Below are positions 44,539 through 54,288 of a stretch of DNA of 64,000 bases, piece after piece. Below the pieces are notes generated by a model that was not told where the DNA came from, ran no database searches, and was given only the letters and a program-made list of their open reading frames with translations. Origin of the DNA: Gemmatimonadota bacterium (GTDB taxonomy: Bacteria > Gemmatimonadota > Gemmatimonadetes > Palauibacterales > Palauibacteraceae). How positions within the stretch are numbered: position 1 is the stretch's first letter; each line of letters starts with the position of its first letter. Where the stretch lies: the NCBI GenBank assembly GCA_046757885.1, contig JBHHZD010000001.1, positions 53,587 through 117,586 of the forward strand, in the 5' to 3' direction. The position numbers and the translations under genes are program-made.

Positions 44539-45520
44539 CTACGTCACGGCCCGCTCGATCGCTCGCTCGAGGACGGCCTGCGCCCGCACGCCGATCGCGA
44601 GGACCTCGGCCGCGGAGACGGACGGGCCCGCGGGACCTCCGGCTCCGGCCGGGGAGACGGCGAACACGACGTCGCCGTCGTACTGGGTGTTGCTCGGCGA
44701 GATCCGGCGGGCAATCGCGTTCATCGCCTGGCGCGCCACGACCGTGAGCGCGGGCCTGTCGAGGGCCGCGTCCGTCGCGACGACCGCCAGCGTCGTGGCC
44801 AGGCCAGGCCGGGGATCCGCCCCCGGGCTCTCGCCGCCGAACTCCGGCCCGCGCTCCAGGGCGGCGAGCGCGCGAGCCGTGTCCAGATGCCGTCCCGCCT
44901 CGTCCCGCGTACCCGCCAGGATCGAGCCCGCTCCATCCCGCACGTCGCCGAACGCGTTCACGACGGCGAGCGCCGCCACGGCGAATCCCGACCCCGCCTC
45001 CGCCCAGCAGCCGAGGCCACCCAGCTCCGCCCCGGCCCGGCCGCGCAGCTTGCCGACCGTCGCCCCCGTGCCTGCCCCGACCCGCCCCTCGGGCACGGGA
45101 TCGCGCGTCGCGGCCTCGGCCGCGGTGTATCCCATCTCGGCGTCGGGCCGGATCCCGGGCTCGCCCTCGACCAGGTCGTAGATGACCGCCGCGGGGACGA
45201 TGGGCACCGGCCCTCCCGGAGTCTCGTAGCCGATCCCCCGCTCCTCGAGCCACCGGACGACGCCGTCCGCCGCCGCGAGCCCGAAGGCGGAGCCCCCCGT
45301 CAGGAGGATCGCGTCACAGCGCCCCACGAGGTGAAGGGGCGACAGGGTCTCGATCTCCCGCGTCCCGGTCCCCAGCCCGCGCACGTCCGCGCCCGCCGCG
45401 AACGGCCCGGTGACGACCGTGCACCCGGTCCCGCCGCGCACGTCCTGCGAATGTCCCACCGCGAGGCCGGGGATGGCCGTCAGGCTCCGGTTCGGCGTCC
45501 CGCCGCTCACCCGGCCCCTC
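44539..45520 (-). CDS. DmpA/OAT (peptidase S58) family L-aminopeptidase/D-esterase-like protein
   Basis: GLAVGHSQD..GGTGCTVV, LLTGGSAFGL and the autoproteolytic region (AVVNAFGD). The start is GTG at 45520 after GGAGGGG. The track ORF is longer and R-rich. Confidence 0.7.
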
Positions 45521-46319
45521 CGCCGGAGAGCGCCGCGGGCCCGGCCCCGGATTCCCCCCCGGCCGTCTGTCCCGGCGCCCCGGAAGCGCGCGCCCCCCGC
45601 GCGGAGGCGCGGCGGACCTCGGCGCCGAAGCGCTCGAACAGGCGCCGGTTCGTCCCGCTCGCCTCCTCGAGCTTGCGCTCCGGGTGCCACTGGACGCCCG
45701 CTGTCCACGCCGGAGCGGCCGTCAGCTCGACGGCTTCCACGAGTCCGTCCGGCGCCCATCCCACGGCCCGCAGGCCCGGAGCCAGGTCGCGAACGCCCTG
45801 GTGATGGGCCGAGTTCTGAAGGAAGGTCCGTTCCTCGAACACCCCGGCGAGCCGCTCTTCCCCCTCGACCCGGATCTCGTGGATCCCTTCGTCCACGTCC
45901 CGCCAGCGGTCGTGATCGATGTCCGCGTCTCGATCCGTCGCGAGGTCCTGGTACAGAGAGCCTCCGAGGGCCACGTTGAGGAGCTGCATCCCCCGGCAGA
46001 TCGCCAGAAGCGGGACGCCCGTCTCGATCGCCCGGCGCGCGAGCGCGATCTCCAGCTCATCGCGGGGGGGCGAGGTGCGGCGCGTCCCCTTCAGCTCCTC
46101 CCCGTACCTCTCCGGGTGCACGTCCTCCCCGCCCGTGAGGAGAAGGCCGTCCGCCCGGGCGAACATCTCCCCCGCCGTCGGGCCCAGGGCATGCGAGAGG
46201 ACGAGCGAGTGCCCCCTCGCGATCTCCGCCGCCGCCAGGTAACCCGACTCCAGGACGACCTGCGGAATTCCGAGCTCGCTCTCCTTCACGGGCGCCGTGA
46301 CGGCGATCAGCGGGCGCAT
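45507..46319 (-). CDS. Peptidase C26 / class I glutamine-amidotransferase-like hydrolase (gamma-glutamyl-GABA hydrolase PuuD family)
   Basis: AICRGMQLLNVALGGSL with catalytic Cys, and HHQGV. The start MRPLIAVTAP is at 46319. It has a low-complexity G/A-rich C-terminal tail. Confidence 0.75.
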   Translation of the reverse strand: MRPLIAVTAPVKESELGIPQVVLESGYLAAAEIARGHSLVLSHALGPTAGEMFARADGLLLTGGEDVHPERYGEELKGTRRTSPPRDELEIALARRAIETGVPLLAICRGMQLLNVALGGSLYQDLATDRDADIDHDRWRDVDEGIHEIRVEGEERLAGVFEERTFLQNSAHHQGVRDLAPGLRAVGWAPDGLVEAVELTAAPAWTAGVQWHPERKLEEASGTNRRLFERFGAEVRRASARGARASGAPGQTAGGESGAGPAALSGGGAG

Positions 46320-46323
46320 TCGC

Positions 46324-47352
46324 TCACGCCTCCCCCGCCCACGCGCACAGCAGGCCGGGCTCCAGGTTGCCGCCGGAGACGACGACGACTGTCGCGCCCT
46401 CGGCCGGATCGGCCGGAGGCACCCGTCCGGAGAGCAGGGCCGCGACGCCCGCCGCGCCGCTCGGCTCGACCACGAGGCGCCGGTCGTAGCACCACAGGAC
46501 GGCGCGTCGGATCGCGTCGTCCGCGACCGTGACGACGTCGTCCACGAGGGCCCGGCAATGGGCGAACGTGAGGTCGCCGGGCCGGACCGGCCTGAGCCCG
46601 TCGGCGATCGTGTCGATGCTCTCCAGCGTGACCGGGCCTCCCGCATCGAGCGATCGGCGCATCTTCGCCGCCCCTTCGGGCTCGACGCCGACGACCCGCA
46701 CGCCCGGCTCCAGCGCGCGCAGGGCGGCCGCGACCCCGGACACGAGCCCGCCGCCGCCCACCGGGACGACGACGAGCGCGGGGCGGGCGGGCTCGTCCCC
46801 TCGCACCGTCTCCTCGCACTGTTCGCGGATCTCGAGCCCCACCGTGCCCTGGCCCGCGATGATGTCCGGGTGGTCGAACGGCGGGACCATCGTTCCCCCC
46901 CGGGTCGCGAGGATCTCCTCGGCCCGCGCCCTGCGCTCCGTCGTCGTGGTGCCCGCGAGCTCGACCTCGGCTCCGAGGGCTCGCGTGCCCTCGAGCTTGA
47001 TCGAGGGCACGTCCTCGGGCATCACGACCGCGGCCGGCACGCCGAAGGCGCGGGCGGCGTACGCCACCCCCTGGGCATGGTTGCCCGAGGAGTACGTGAC
47101 GACGCCCCGCTCCCGGTCGGCGGCCGGGAGGGCACACAGGAAGTTGTAGGCTCCCCGGAGCTTGAAGGCGCCTCCGTGCTGGAGGCTCTCGCACTTGAGC
47201 CGGATCTCGGGCCCGGGCGCGGCTCCGCCGGCTGCCGGCAGGGGAAGCCGGGCCGCGAGGAGGGGGGTCCGGCGGGCGACGCCGCGCAGACGCGCCGCCG
47301 CGACGCGGATCGCCTCCAGGCCCACGAGTTCGCCCGGGGACGCCGAGGTCAC
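46324..47352 (-). CDS. Fold-type II PLP enzyme, threonine/serine dehydratase (or serine racemase-like)
   Basis: PLP-lysine motif ESLQHGGAFKLRGA and glycine loop GGGGL. The start is probably GTG at 47352 (VTSASPGELVGLEAIRVAAARLRGVARRTPLL). Confidence 0.8.
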   Translation of the reverse strand: MTSASPGELVGLEAIRVAAARLRGVARRTPLLAARLPLPAAGGAAPGPEIRLKCESLQHGGAFKLRGAYNFLCALPAADRERGVVTYSSGNHAQGVAYAARAFGVPAAVVMPEDVPSIKLEGTRALGAEVELAGTTTTERRARAEEILATRGGTMVPPFDHPDIIAGQGTVGLEIREQCEETVRGDEPARPALVVVPVGGGGLVSGVAAALRALEPGVRVVGVEPEGAAKMRRSLDAGGPVTLESIDTIADGLRPVRPGDLTFAHCRALVDDVVTVADDAIRRAVLWCYDRRLVVEPSGAAGVAALLSGRVPPADPAEGATVVVVSGGNLEPGLLCAWAGEA

Positions 47353-47377
47353 GGCGCGGGCTCCGGACGTCTCGGCG

Positions 47378-49879
47378 TCATCCCTCGCCGTCGTCCTCCG
47401 CGGCCTCCCCGCGCCCGCCGGCCACCTCGATCCCGTTGCCGCCGTTCGCCAAGTCCGCCACGACCCGGGAGACGTCCATGAGCTCATCCCCCTCGTCCAG
47501 GGACACGAGGCGCACCCCCTGCGTGTTGCGGCCGATGACGCGGATCTCGCGCGCGTGCTGCCGGTTGATGACCCCCTGCCGGGTCACGAACATGAGCTCG
47601 TCCTCGTCCGTCACTTCCTTCGCGGCCACGACCTCCCCCGTCCTCTCCGTGATGCGCACGTTGATGAGGCCCTTCCCGCCCCGGTGCTGGGCCCGGTAGC
47701 TGTCCACGGCCGAGCGCTTGCCCATGCCGCGGCGGGTGACGGAGAGAAGGCTCGCCTCCCGCCGCACGATGACCATGCCGACGACCGCGTCGCCCTGACC
47801 GAGGCGGATCCCCCGCACGCCCTGCGTCGCCCGCCCCATCTCCCGCACGTCCGTGCCGGGAAACCGGATGGACATGCCCGCGCGGGTCGCCAGGATCACG
47901 TCGCTCTGGCCGTCCGTGAGCTGCACGTCGATGAGCCGGTCTCCCTCCACGACGTTCATCGCGTTCAGGCCCGTGGACCGCACGTTGCGGTACGCGGAGA
48001 GCCGCGTCTTCTTCACGAGACCGTTCCGCGTCGCGAACATCAGGTACTCGTCGTCCCGGAACTCGCGGACGCGGACGATGGCGGCGATCTCCTCCTCCCG
48101 ATCGATGTTGAGGAGGTTCACGATCGGCTTGCCGCGTGCCGTCCGCTGGGCGGGGGGAATCGCGTGGACCTTCAGCCAGTAGACCTGCCCGGCCGCCGTG
48201 AAGAACATCAGGTAGTCGTGCGTGGAGGCGAGGAACAGGTGCTCGACCCAGTCCTCCTCCTTCGTACCCATGCCCGCGATGCCGCGTCCGCCGCGGCGCT
48301 GCTGCCGGTAGGCGTCCGGCGTGATCCGCTTCACGTAGCCGTCGTGGCTCACCGTGATGACCATGTCCTCTTCGGCGATCAGGTCCTCGGCCCGGAAGCT
48401 CGCCTCCACGTCCACGATCTCCGTTCGCCGATCGTCGCCGTACCGCTCGGCCAGCTCCCGCAGCTCGTCCCGCACGATCCCCATGCGGACCTCGCGCGAC
48501 CCCAGGATCTCCTCCAGCCGCTTCACCTCCGCGTGGACCTGCTCCAGCTCCGTCTCCAGCTTCTCGATCTCGAGCCCCGTGAGCCGTGACAAGCGCATCG
48601 CCAGGATCGACTCCGACTGCCGCTCGGTGAGCTCGAACCGCTCCCGCAGCCGCTTCCCCGCCTGCTCGGCGTCCTTCGACTTCCGGACGATCTTCACGAC
48701 CTCGTCGATGTTGTCGACCGCGATCTTCAGGCCCTCGAGCACGTGCTCGCGGTCACGGGCCGCCCGCAGGTCGAACTCGCTCCGCCGCACGACGACCTCG
48801 TGCCGGTGGTCGAGGAAGTGGGCGAGGATCGTCTTCAGGTCCATCACGCGGGGCACGCCGTCCACGAGCGCGAGCATGATGACGCCGAACGTGGACTGCA
48901 TCTGCGTGTGCTTGAACAGCTGGTTCATGACGATCTGCGGAATCGCGTCCCGCTTCAGGTCGATGACGATCCGGATCCCGTCCCGGTCGGACTCGTCCCG
49001 CAGGTCCGCGATGTCGTCGATCCGCTTGTCGCGCACGAGCTGGGCGATCTGCTCGATGAGCCGGGACTTGTTCACCATGAACGGGATCTCGGTCACGATG
49101 ATCCGGTCGCCTCCGCGCTCCCGCTCCTCGAAGTGCCCGCGGGCCCGCATCACGACGCGGCCCCGCCCTGTCCTGTAGGCCTCCCGGATCCCGTCGATCC
49201 CGTACACGAGGCCGCCCGTCGGGAAGTCCGGTCCCCGCACGTGCTCGAGCAGGTCGGCGATCTCGGCCTCCGGGTTCTCGATCAGGACCTCGCAGGCCTC
49301 CACGACCTCCCGGAGGTTGTGGGGCGGGATGTTCGTCGCCATCCCGACCGCGATCCCGGACGAGCCGTTGATGAGCAGGTTCGGCGGCCGCGCCGGGAGC
49401 ACGCTCGGCTCCTGGAGCCGATCGTCGAAGTTCGGCAGGAAGTCCACCGTCTCCTTGTCGATGTCCGCCAGGAGCTCGGTGGACAGGCGCTCGAGCCGGG
49501 CCTCCGTGTACCGGTAGGCGGCGGCGCCGTCGCCGTCGATGGATCCGAAGTTCCCCTGCCCGTCGATGAGCGGGTAGCGGAGCGAGAAGTCCTGCACCAT
49601 GCGCACGAGCGAGTCGTAGACCGCCGAGTCGCCGTGCGGGTGGTACTTGCCGAGAACGTCTCCGACGACGGTCGCGCTCTTCTTGTAGGGGCGGTTCGGC
49701 GCGAGCGACAGCTCGTGCATCGCGTACAGGATCCTCCGGTGCACGGGCTTGAGCCCGTCGCGCACGTCCGGGAGGGCGCGCTGCACGATGACGCTCATCG
49801 AGTAGTCGATGAACGACTCGCGCATCTCGTCCTCGAGAAGCCTCTGCTCGATCCGCTCCGCTTCCTGCGTCGTGGCCAT
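47378..49879 (-). CDS. gyrA: DNA gyrase subunit A
   Basis: The N-terminus is [54 protein letters not shown]. It carries the active-site Tyr region, the QRRGGRG GyrA-box and C-terminal beta-pinwheel repeats. Confidence 0.95.
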   Translation of the reverse strand: MATTQEAERIEQRLLEDEMRESFIDYSMSVIVQRALPDVRDGLKPVHRRILYAMHELSLAPNRPYKKSATVVGDVLGKYHPHGDSAVYDSLVRMVQDFSLRYPLIDGQGNFGSIDGDGAAAYRYTEARLERLSTELLADIDKETVDFLPNFDDRLQEPSVLPARPPNLLINGSSGIAVGMATNIPPHNLREVVEACEVLIENPEAEIADLLEHVRGPDFPTGGLVYGIDGIREAYRTGRGRVVMRARGHFEERERGGDRIIVTEIPFMVNKSRLIEQIAQLVRDKRIDDIADLRDESDRDGIRIVIDLKRDAIPQIVMNQLFKHTQMQSTFGVIMLALVDGVPRVMDLKTILAHFLDHRHEVVVRRSEFDLRAARDREHVLEGLKIAVDNIDEVVKIVRKSKDAEQAGKRLRERFELTERQSESILAMRLSRLTGLEIEKLETELEQVHAEVKRLEEILGSREVRMGIVRDELRELAERYGDDRRTEIVDVEASFRAEDLIAEEDMVITVSHDGYVKRITPDAYRQQRRGGRGIAGMGTKEEDWVEHLFLASTHDYLMFFTAAGQVYWLKVHAIPPAQRTARGKPIVNLLNIDREEEIAAIVRVREFRDDEYLMFATRNGLVKKTRLSAYRNVRSTGLNAMNVVEGDRLIDVQLTDGQSDVILATRAGMSIRFPGTDVREMGRATQGVRGIRLGQGDAVVGMVIVRREASLLSVTRRGMGKRSAVDSYRAQHRGGKGLINVRITERTGEVVAAKEVTDEDELMFVTRQGVINRQHAREIRVIGRNTQGVRLVSLDEGDELMDVSRVVADLANGGNGIEVAGGRGEAAEDDGEG

Positions 49880-49937
49880 TTCGTCGCCGTTTTCCGGGTC
49901 TATTGCGGGTCCGCGGCCCGGGTCGATCCGGGGCGGA

Positions 49938-49963
49938 CACAATCAAGAAAATTTAGCGGAATT
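49938..49963 (-). promoter_or_regulatory. AT-rich island (ACAATCAAGAAAATTTAGCGGAATTC) upstream of gyrA; candidate gyrA promoter element
   Basis: It is the only strongly AT-rich stretch in about 20 kb. It lies 60-85 nt upstream of the gyrA ATG on the coding strand. The minus strand reads TAAATTTTCTTGATTG. Confidence 0.3.
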
Positions 49964-50000
49964 CGGGGTGCCTCGCGACCCGGGCAGGGCGGGGTCGGAT

Positions 50001-50045
50001 GGCGGCGGCGTCCGGGGGCGGACGGCGGCGGCGTCCGGGGCGGAC
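50001..50045. repeat. Tandem direct repeat, 2 x ~22 bp (GGCGGCGGCGTCCGGGG(G)CGGAC)
   Basis: Seen directly: ggcggcggcgtccgggggcggac followed by ggcggcggcgtccggggcggac. It lies in the intergenic between the GT2 stop and the gyrA upstream region. Confidence 0.6.
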
Positions 50046-50196
50046 GGTCTTCCTCCGACGAGCTGGCGGGCGGCTCCCGGCGTTCGGGTCGGGGCCGGGT
50101 TCCCTGCTGACGCGCACCTGGACCCGGGGAGCGCGGTCGCCGGCCGCCCGAGGCTCGCTCCGGAAGGCGTCCCGCCACCGGCCGCGGCCACCAGCG

Positions 50197-51210
50197 TCAG
50201 GCGACGGCGCGGAAGTCGGCCACCTCCGTCCGCCCCATGGCCGCGAGCGCCGCCCGGATCTCCCCGCGGGCCCCTGGCGTGCCGACGGCCGCCAGCACGT
50301 ACGGATCCTCGAGACTGAGGAAGCCGTCCGGATCCAGGACCGGAGCGCCGTGGATCTCCTGCCCGATCTTCCGCGGGTCCAGATCCACGAAGGCCCGGAC
50401 GTCCAGGCCCTGCGCGAGCATCTCGCGCGCGAACGCCTTCCCCACGCGGCCCGCGCCCCACACGACGGCGGGGCGGCCGGGCGGGAGCAGGCCGTGGCGC
50501 AGGAAGTGGACCTTGCAGCGCCGGAAGGCCCCGGGCGAATAGGCCCCGGAGACGTGCGAGTGCCGCGCCGCGCCGAGCCGCCAGCGGAGGAGGACGTCCG
50601 GGAGGTTCGCGGCCCGCATGCCCGCCGCGTGGAGGCGAAGGACGAGGTCGTAGTCGTCCGGCCACCCGGCGTCGCGGTAGCCCCCGAGCGCCCGCAGCGC
50701 GGAGGCGCGGATCATCAGGGTCGGGTGCGCGATCGGGCACTCCACCAGGAGGTCGCGCAACAGGTCTTCGGGCTCGCGCAGGCCGTTCAGCCAGGCCTCG
50801 TAGCGCCGGTAGCCCCCGCGGACGCGGCGACGGGGGATGTACCGGATCCCCGTTCCGCAGGCGGCGAGCTCCCGACGCTCCGCGAGGAGGGCGACCTGGC
50901 GCGCGAGCCGCTCCGGGTGGGCCTCGTCGTCCGCATCCATGCGGGCCAGCAGGGCACCCCGCGCCTCCGACGTCGCCCGGCGCAGGGCGGCCACGAGGCC
51001 GGCGTCGGCCGCCCGGAAGACTCGGATGCGGGGGTCCGCGGCCGCCCGCTCCTCGAGCAGGGCGCGCGTCCGGTCGCGGGACCCGTCGTCCACCGCGAGG
51101 AGCTCGTAATCACCGAGCGTCTGGGCGCGCAGGCTGTCCAGGCAGGCGGGGAGGTGGCGCGCCGCGTCCCGGCACGGGAGGAGGATCGAGACCGGCGGCG
51201 GGGCCGCCAC
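50197..51210 (-). CDS. Family-2 glycosyltransferase fused to a C-terminal NeuD/PglD-N-terminal-like nucleotide-binding domain
   Basis: The N-terminus is GT2 (SILLPCRDAARHL...LLAVDDGSRDRT, DADDEAHP). The C-terminal ~95 aa, VVWGAGRVGKAFAREM...RAFVDLDP..IHGAPVLD, matches the Rossmann-like N-domain of NeuD/PglD acetyltransferases. No hexapeptide region follows. Confidence 0.75.
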   Translation of the reverse strand: MAAPPPVSILLPCRDAARHLPACLDSLRAQTLGDYELLAVDDGSRDRTRALLEERAAADPRIRVFRAADAGLVAALRRATSEARGALLARMDADDEAHPERLARQVALLAERRELAACGTGIRYIPRRRVRGGYRRYEAWLNGLREPEDLLRDLLVECPIAHPTLMIRASALRALGGYRDAGWPDDYDLVLRLHAAGMRAANLPDVLLRWRLGAARHSHVSGAYSPGAFRRCKVHFLRHGLLPPGRPAVVWGAGRVGKAFAREMLAQGLDVRAFVDLDPRKIGQEIHGAPVLDPDGFLSLEDPYVLAAVGTPGARGEIRAALAAMGRTEVADFRAVA

Positions 51211-51223
51211 GGGCCCGTCCGTC

Positions 51224-54058
51224 TCAGCCGGTGCGCGGGACGGCGGGACGGGCGGACGTCGGGCGATCCCCGGCCGCCGTGGACCCCGACAGGCGCTCCC
51301 GCAGGTAGCGGCCGGTGTGGGAGGCCGGCGCCGCCATCACGTCGGCGGGCGTCCCCGCCGCCACGAGGCGGCCGCCGTCGTCCGCCGCCTCGGGCCCGAG
51401 ATCCAGGATCCACTGCGCCCGGGCGATGACGTCCAGGTTGTGCTCGATGACGACGACGGTGTGGCCGGCGCGCACGAGATCCTCGAGCACGGTCACCAGG
51501 CGGTCGATCTCGCCGAGGCCGAGGCCCACGGTCGGCTCGTCGAGCAGGTAGAGACGGTGGCCCCGGGCGGGGCGGCCCAGCTCGCGCGCGATCTTCAGCC
51601 GCTGGGCCTCGCCGCCCGACAGGGTCGTCGCGGGCTGGCCGAGCCGCAGGTAGCCGAGGCCCACGCGCTGGAGCTGCCACAGGGCCTTCCCGAGGCGGTC
51701 GCGGCGGATGAAGAAGCGCAGGGCCTCGTCCACGGTCATCCGGAGGACGTCGTGCACGCTCCGATCCCGGTAGCGGACGTCCAGGATCTCCGGCCGGAAG
51801 CGCCGCCCTCCGCACGCGTCGCAGGGAACCGCCACGTCCGCCATGAAGACCATCTCCACGATCTCCGCTCCCGCCCCCTTGCACGCCTCGCAGCGTCCGC
51901 CCTTCACGTTGAAGCTGAAGTGCCCGGGCCCGTAGCCGCGGCTCCGCGCCAGCGGCTGCTCCGCGAACAGGCGCCGCACCTCGTCCCAGGCCTTGATGTA
52001 GGTGACCGGATTCGAGCGCGGGGTGCGGCCGATCGGGCTCTGGTCCACGAGGAGCACGCCATCCAGGGCGGAGGCCCCCTCCAGCGCCTCGACGGTTCCC
52101 GCCCGCTCTCCCAGGTGACGCCGGGCGCTGGAGGCGCCTTGCAGCTCCCGCTCCAGGGAGCGGTACAGGATGTCGTGCACGAGCGTGGACTTGCCGGAGC
52201 CGGACACGCCGGTCACGACCGTGAGGACGCCGAGGGGGATCTCCACGTCCAGCCCGCGGATGTTGTGAAGTGTCGCGCCGCGCAGCTTCAGCCGGCGGCC
52301 GGCCGCCGGGAGCGGCTCGCCGGAGTGCTCCGGCGGCGGGGCGGCGAGCGCCCGGCCCGTCGTCGTGTCCGCCGCGAGCAGGGCGTTCCAGTCCCCCTCG
52401 AACACGACCTCGCCGCCGTGCTCGCCCGACCCGGGCCCGAGCTCGACCAGCCGGTCCGCCCGCGCCAGCACCGCCGTCTCGTGCTCCACGACGAGAACCG
52501 TGTTTCCCCGGTCCCGCAGGCTCTCGAGGACGTCCAGGAACCGCCGCACGTCGCGGGCGTGGAGGCCGATCGTGGGCTCGTCCAGGACGTACAGGGTGTC
52601 GGACAGCCGGCTCCCCAGGCTGCCCGCGAGGCGGATTCGCTGCATCTCGCCGCCCGACAGGCTGCGGGCCTGGCGGTCCAGGGTCAGGTAGCCGAGCCCG
52701 ACCCGGGCGAGGAAGTCGATCCGGTCGCGGATCTCGCGCAGCACGGTCTCCGCGACGGCGGCCCGGAACGGCGGCAGGGAGAGGTCGTCCAGCCATGGCC
52801 CCGCGCGGTCGATCGTGAGGGCCGCGGCCTCCGCGATCGAGAGTCCGCCGACGCGCACGTGGCCGGCCTCGGGCCGCAGGCGCGTCCCCCCGCAGTCCGG
52901 GCACTCGTGGGGCCGCTGGTACTGCCGCAGGAACACGCGGATGTACTGCTTGTAGCGCTTTCGCTCGCGCGAGCGGAGGAACGGGATCACCCCGACGAAA
53001 TCGTCGCAGCCGTGGACGAGCTCCTCTCGCAGTCCCTCCGGGAGGGTGCGCCACGGGCCGGCCGGGTCCGCCCCCCGGCGGCACGCGTACGCGAGGAGCG
53101 CCGCGTGCTCGCGATGATAGCGGGGCTTCGTCCACGGATCGATCGCTCCGTCCGCCAGCGAGCGGCCCGGGTCGGGCACGATGAGGTCGAGGTCGTACTC
53201 GAGGTTCGCGCCGAACCCGTTGCAGGTCGGGCAGGCCCCGGTCGGATGGTTGAAGCTGAACAGGCCCGGCGTCGGGTCGGGAAACGCGCGGTCGCAGTCC
53301 GGGCATCGGAACGACTCCGAGAACTCGATCCGCTCCCGGCCCGGCCCGACGAGCGCGACGGCGGTCCCGTGCCCCTCCGCGAAGGCGGCGGCGAGGGAGT
53401 CCGCCACCCGCCCGCGCTCGGCCGAACCCGCCACGACGCGGTCCACGACCACGAGGCGCTCCTTCCCCTCGCCCTCCGGCAGGGCCTCGACCTCGTCGAG
53501 GCGGATCTCCGCGCCGCCGGCCAGGACCCGCAGATAGCCCCGCGAGCGCAGGTTGGCGGCCAGGAGCTCGGGCGAGACCCCGGAGGCCTCCATGAGCGGG
53601 AAGCCGATGGACAGCCGCGCCTCCGGATCCAGCCCGAGCAGCCGATCCGTGGCCGACTGGACCGTGTCGGGCACGACCGCGCGCCCGCAGTCCGGGCAGA
53701 TCGTCTCGCCCGCGCGCGCCCACAGCAGGCGCAGGTAATCGTACACCTCCGTCACCGTCCCCACCGTGGAGCGGCTGCTCTGGACCGTGTTCCGCTGGTC
53801 GATGGCGACGGACGGGCTCACGCCCTCGATCCCGTCGACCGAGGGCTTCGGCATGCGCTCCAGGAACTGCTTCGCGTACGTCGAGAGCGACTCGACGTAC
53901 CGCCGCTGGCCTTCCGCGTAGATCGTGTCGAAGGCGAGGCTCGACTTGCCGCTCCCGGAGGGGCCGGTCAGGACGACGAGGGCCCGCCGCGGGATCGAGA
54001 GATCGACCCCCTTCAGGTTGTTCTGCCGCGCGCCGCGAACCCGGATCTCCTCGCCCAT
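51224..54058 (-). CDS. uvrA: Excinuclease ABC subunit A
   Basis: Two ABC modules (GPSGSGKSSLAF; GVSGSGKSTLV), zinc-finger Cys clusters and the LSGGE signatures. Start MGEEIRVRGARQNNLKGVDL at 54058. Confidence 0.95.
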   Translation of the reverse strand: MGEEIRVRGARQNNLKGVDLSIPRRALVVLTGPSGSGKSSLAFDTIYAEGQRRYVESLSTYAKQFLERMPKPSVDGIEGVSPSVAIDQRNTVQSSRSTVGTVTEVYDYLRLLWARAGETICPDCGRAVVPDTVQSATDRLLGLDPEARLSIGFPLMEASGVSPELLAANLRSRGYLRVLAGGAEIRLDEVEALPEGEGKERLVVVDRVVAGSAERGRVADSLAAAFAEGHGTAVALVGPGRERIEFSESFRCPDCDRAFPDPTPGLFSFNHPTGACPTCNGFGANLEYDLDLIVPDPGRSLADGAIDPWTKPRYHREHAALLAYACRRGADPAGPWRTLPEGLREELVHGCDDFVGVIPFLRSRERKRYKQYIRVFLRQYQRPHECPDCGGTRLRPEAGHVRVGGLSIAEAAALTIDRAGPWLDDLSLPPFRAAVAETVLREIRDRIDFLARVGLGYLTLDRQARSLSGGEMQRIRLAGSLGSRLSDTLYVLDEPTIGLHARDVRRFLDVLESLRDRGNTVLVVEHETAVLARADRLVELGPGSGEHGGEVVFEGDWNALLAADTTTGRALAAPPPEHSGEPLPAAGRRLKLRGATLHNIRGLDVEIPLGVLTVVTGVSGSGKSTLVHDILYRSLERELQGASSARRHLGERAGTVEALEGASALDGVLLVDQSPIGRTPRSNPVTYIKAWDEVRRLFAEQPLARSRGYGPGHFSFNVKGGRCEACKGAGAEIVEMVFMADVAVPCDACGGRRFRPEILDVRYRDRSVHDVLRMTVDEALRFFIRRDRLGKALWQLQRVGLGYLRLGQPATTLSGGEAQRLKIARELGRPARGHRLYLLDEPTVGLGLGEIDRLVTVLEDLVRAGHTVVVIEHNLDVIARAQWILDLGPEAADDGGRLVAAGTPADVMAAPASHTGRYLRERLSGSTAAGDRPTSARPAVPRTG

Positions 54059-54288
54059 TCGCCGATGATGCGCGCGGCGCCGGCGGGGCGTCAAACGAGC
54101 GGCTGGAAACGGGAGTCGGGGCCGCCTATGTTGGATGAGCGCGCCGATTCGGCCCACCCGACCGGGCGGACGGCGGCGCGCATCGCGGTCCGTGACCAGA
54201 CCGGAGGCCGACCATCGCCGTAAGCATCGCGCCCGAGGGCCCGATCCAGGAAGAGGAATCGCTCGGCAAGGCGTACGACGCGCGTCTC

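Noticed and set aside
42262-45804. 1,180-aa +strand ORF
   Set aside because: It is antisense to four co-directional minus-strand genes (hypothetical, HAD, DmpA, part of PuuD-like) that each carry family motifs. Its composition is R/P/G-dominated.
54059-54288. LexA/SOS box upstream of uvrA
   Set aside because: No CTGT-N8-ACAG or other clear dyad was found by eye. The LexA consensus for this lineage is unknown to me, so no call was made.
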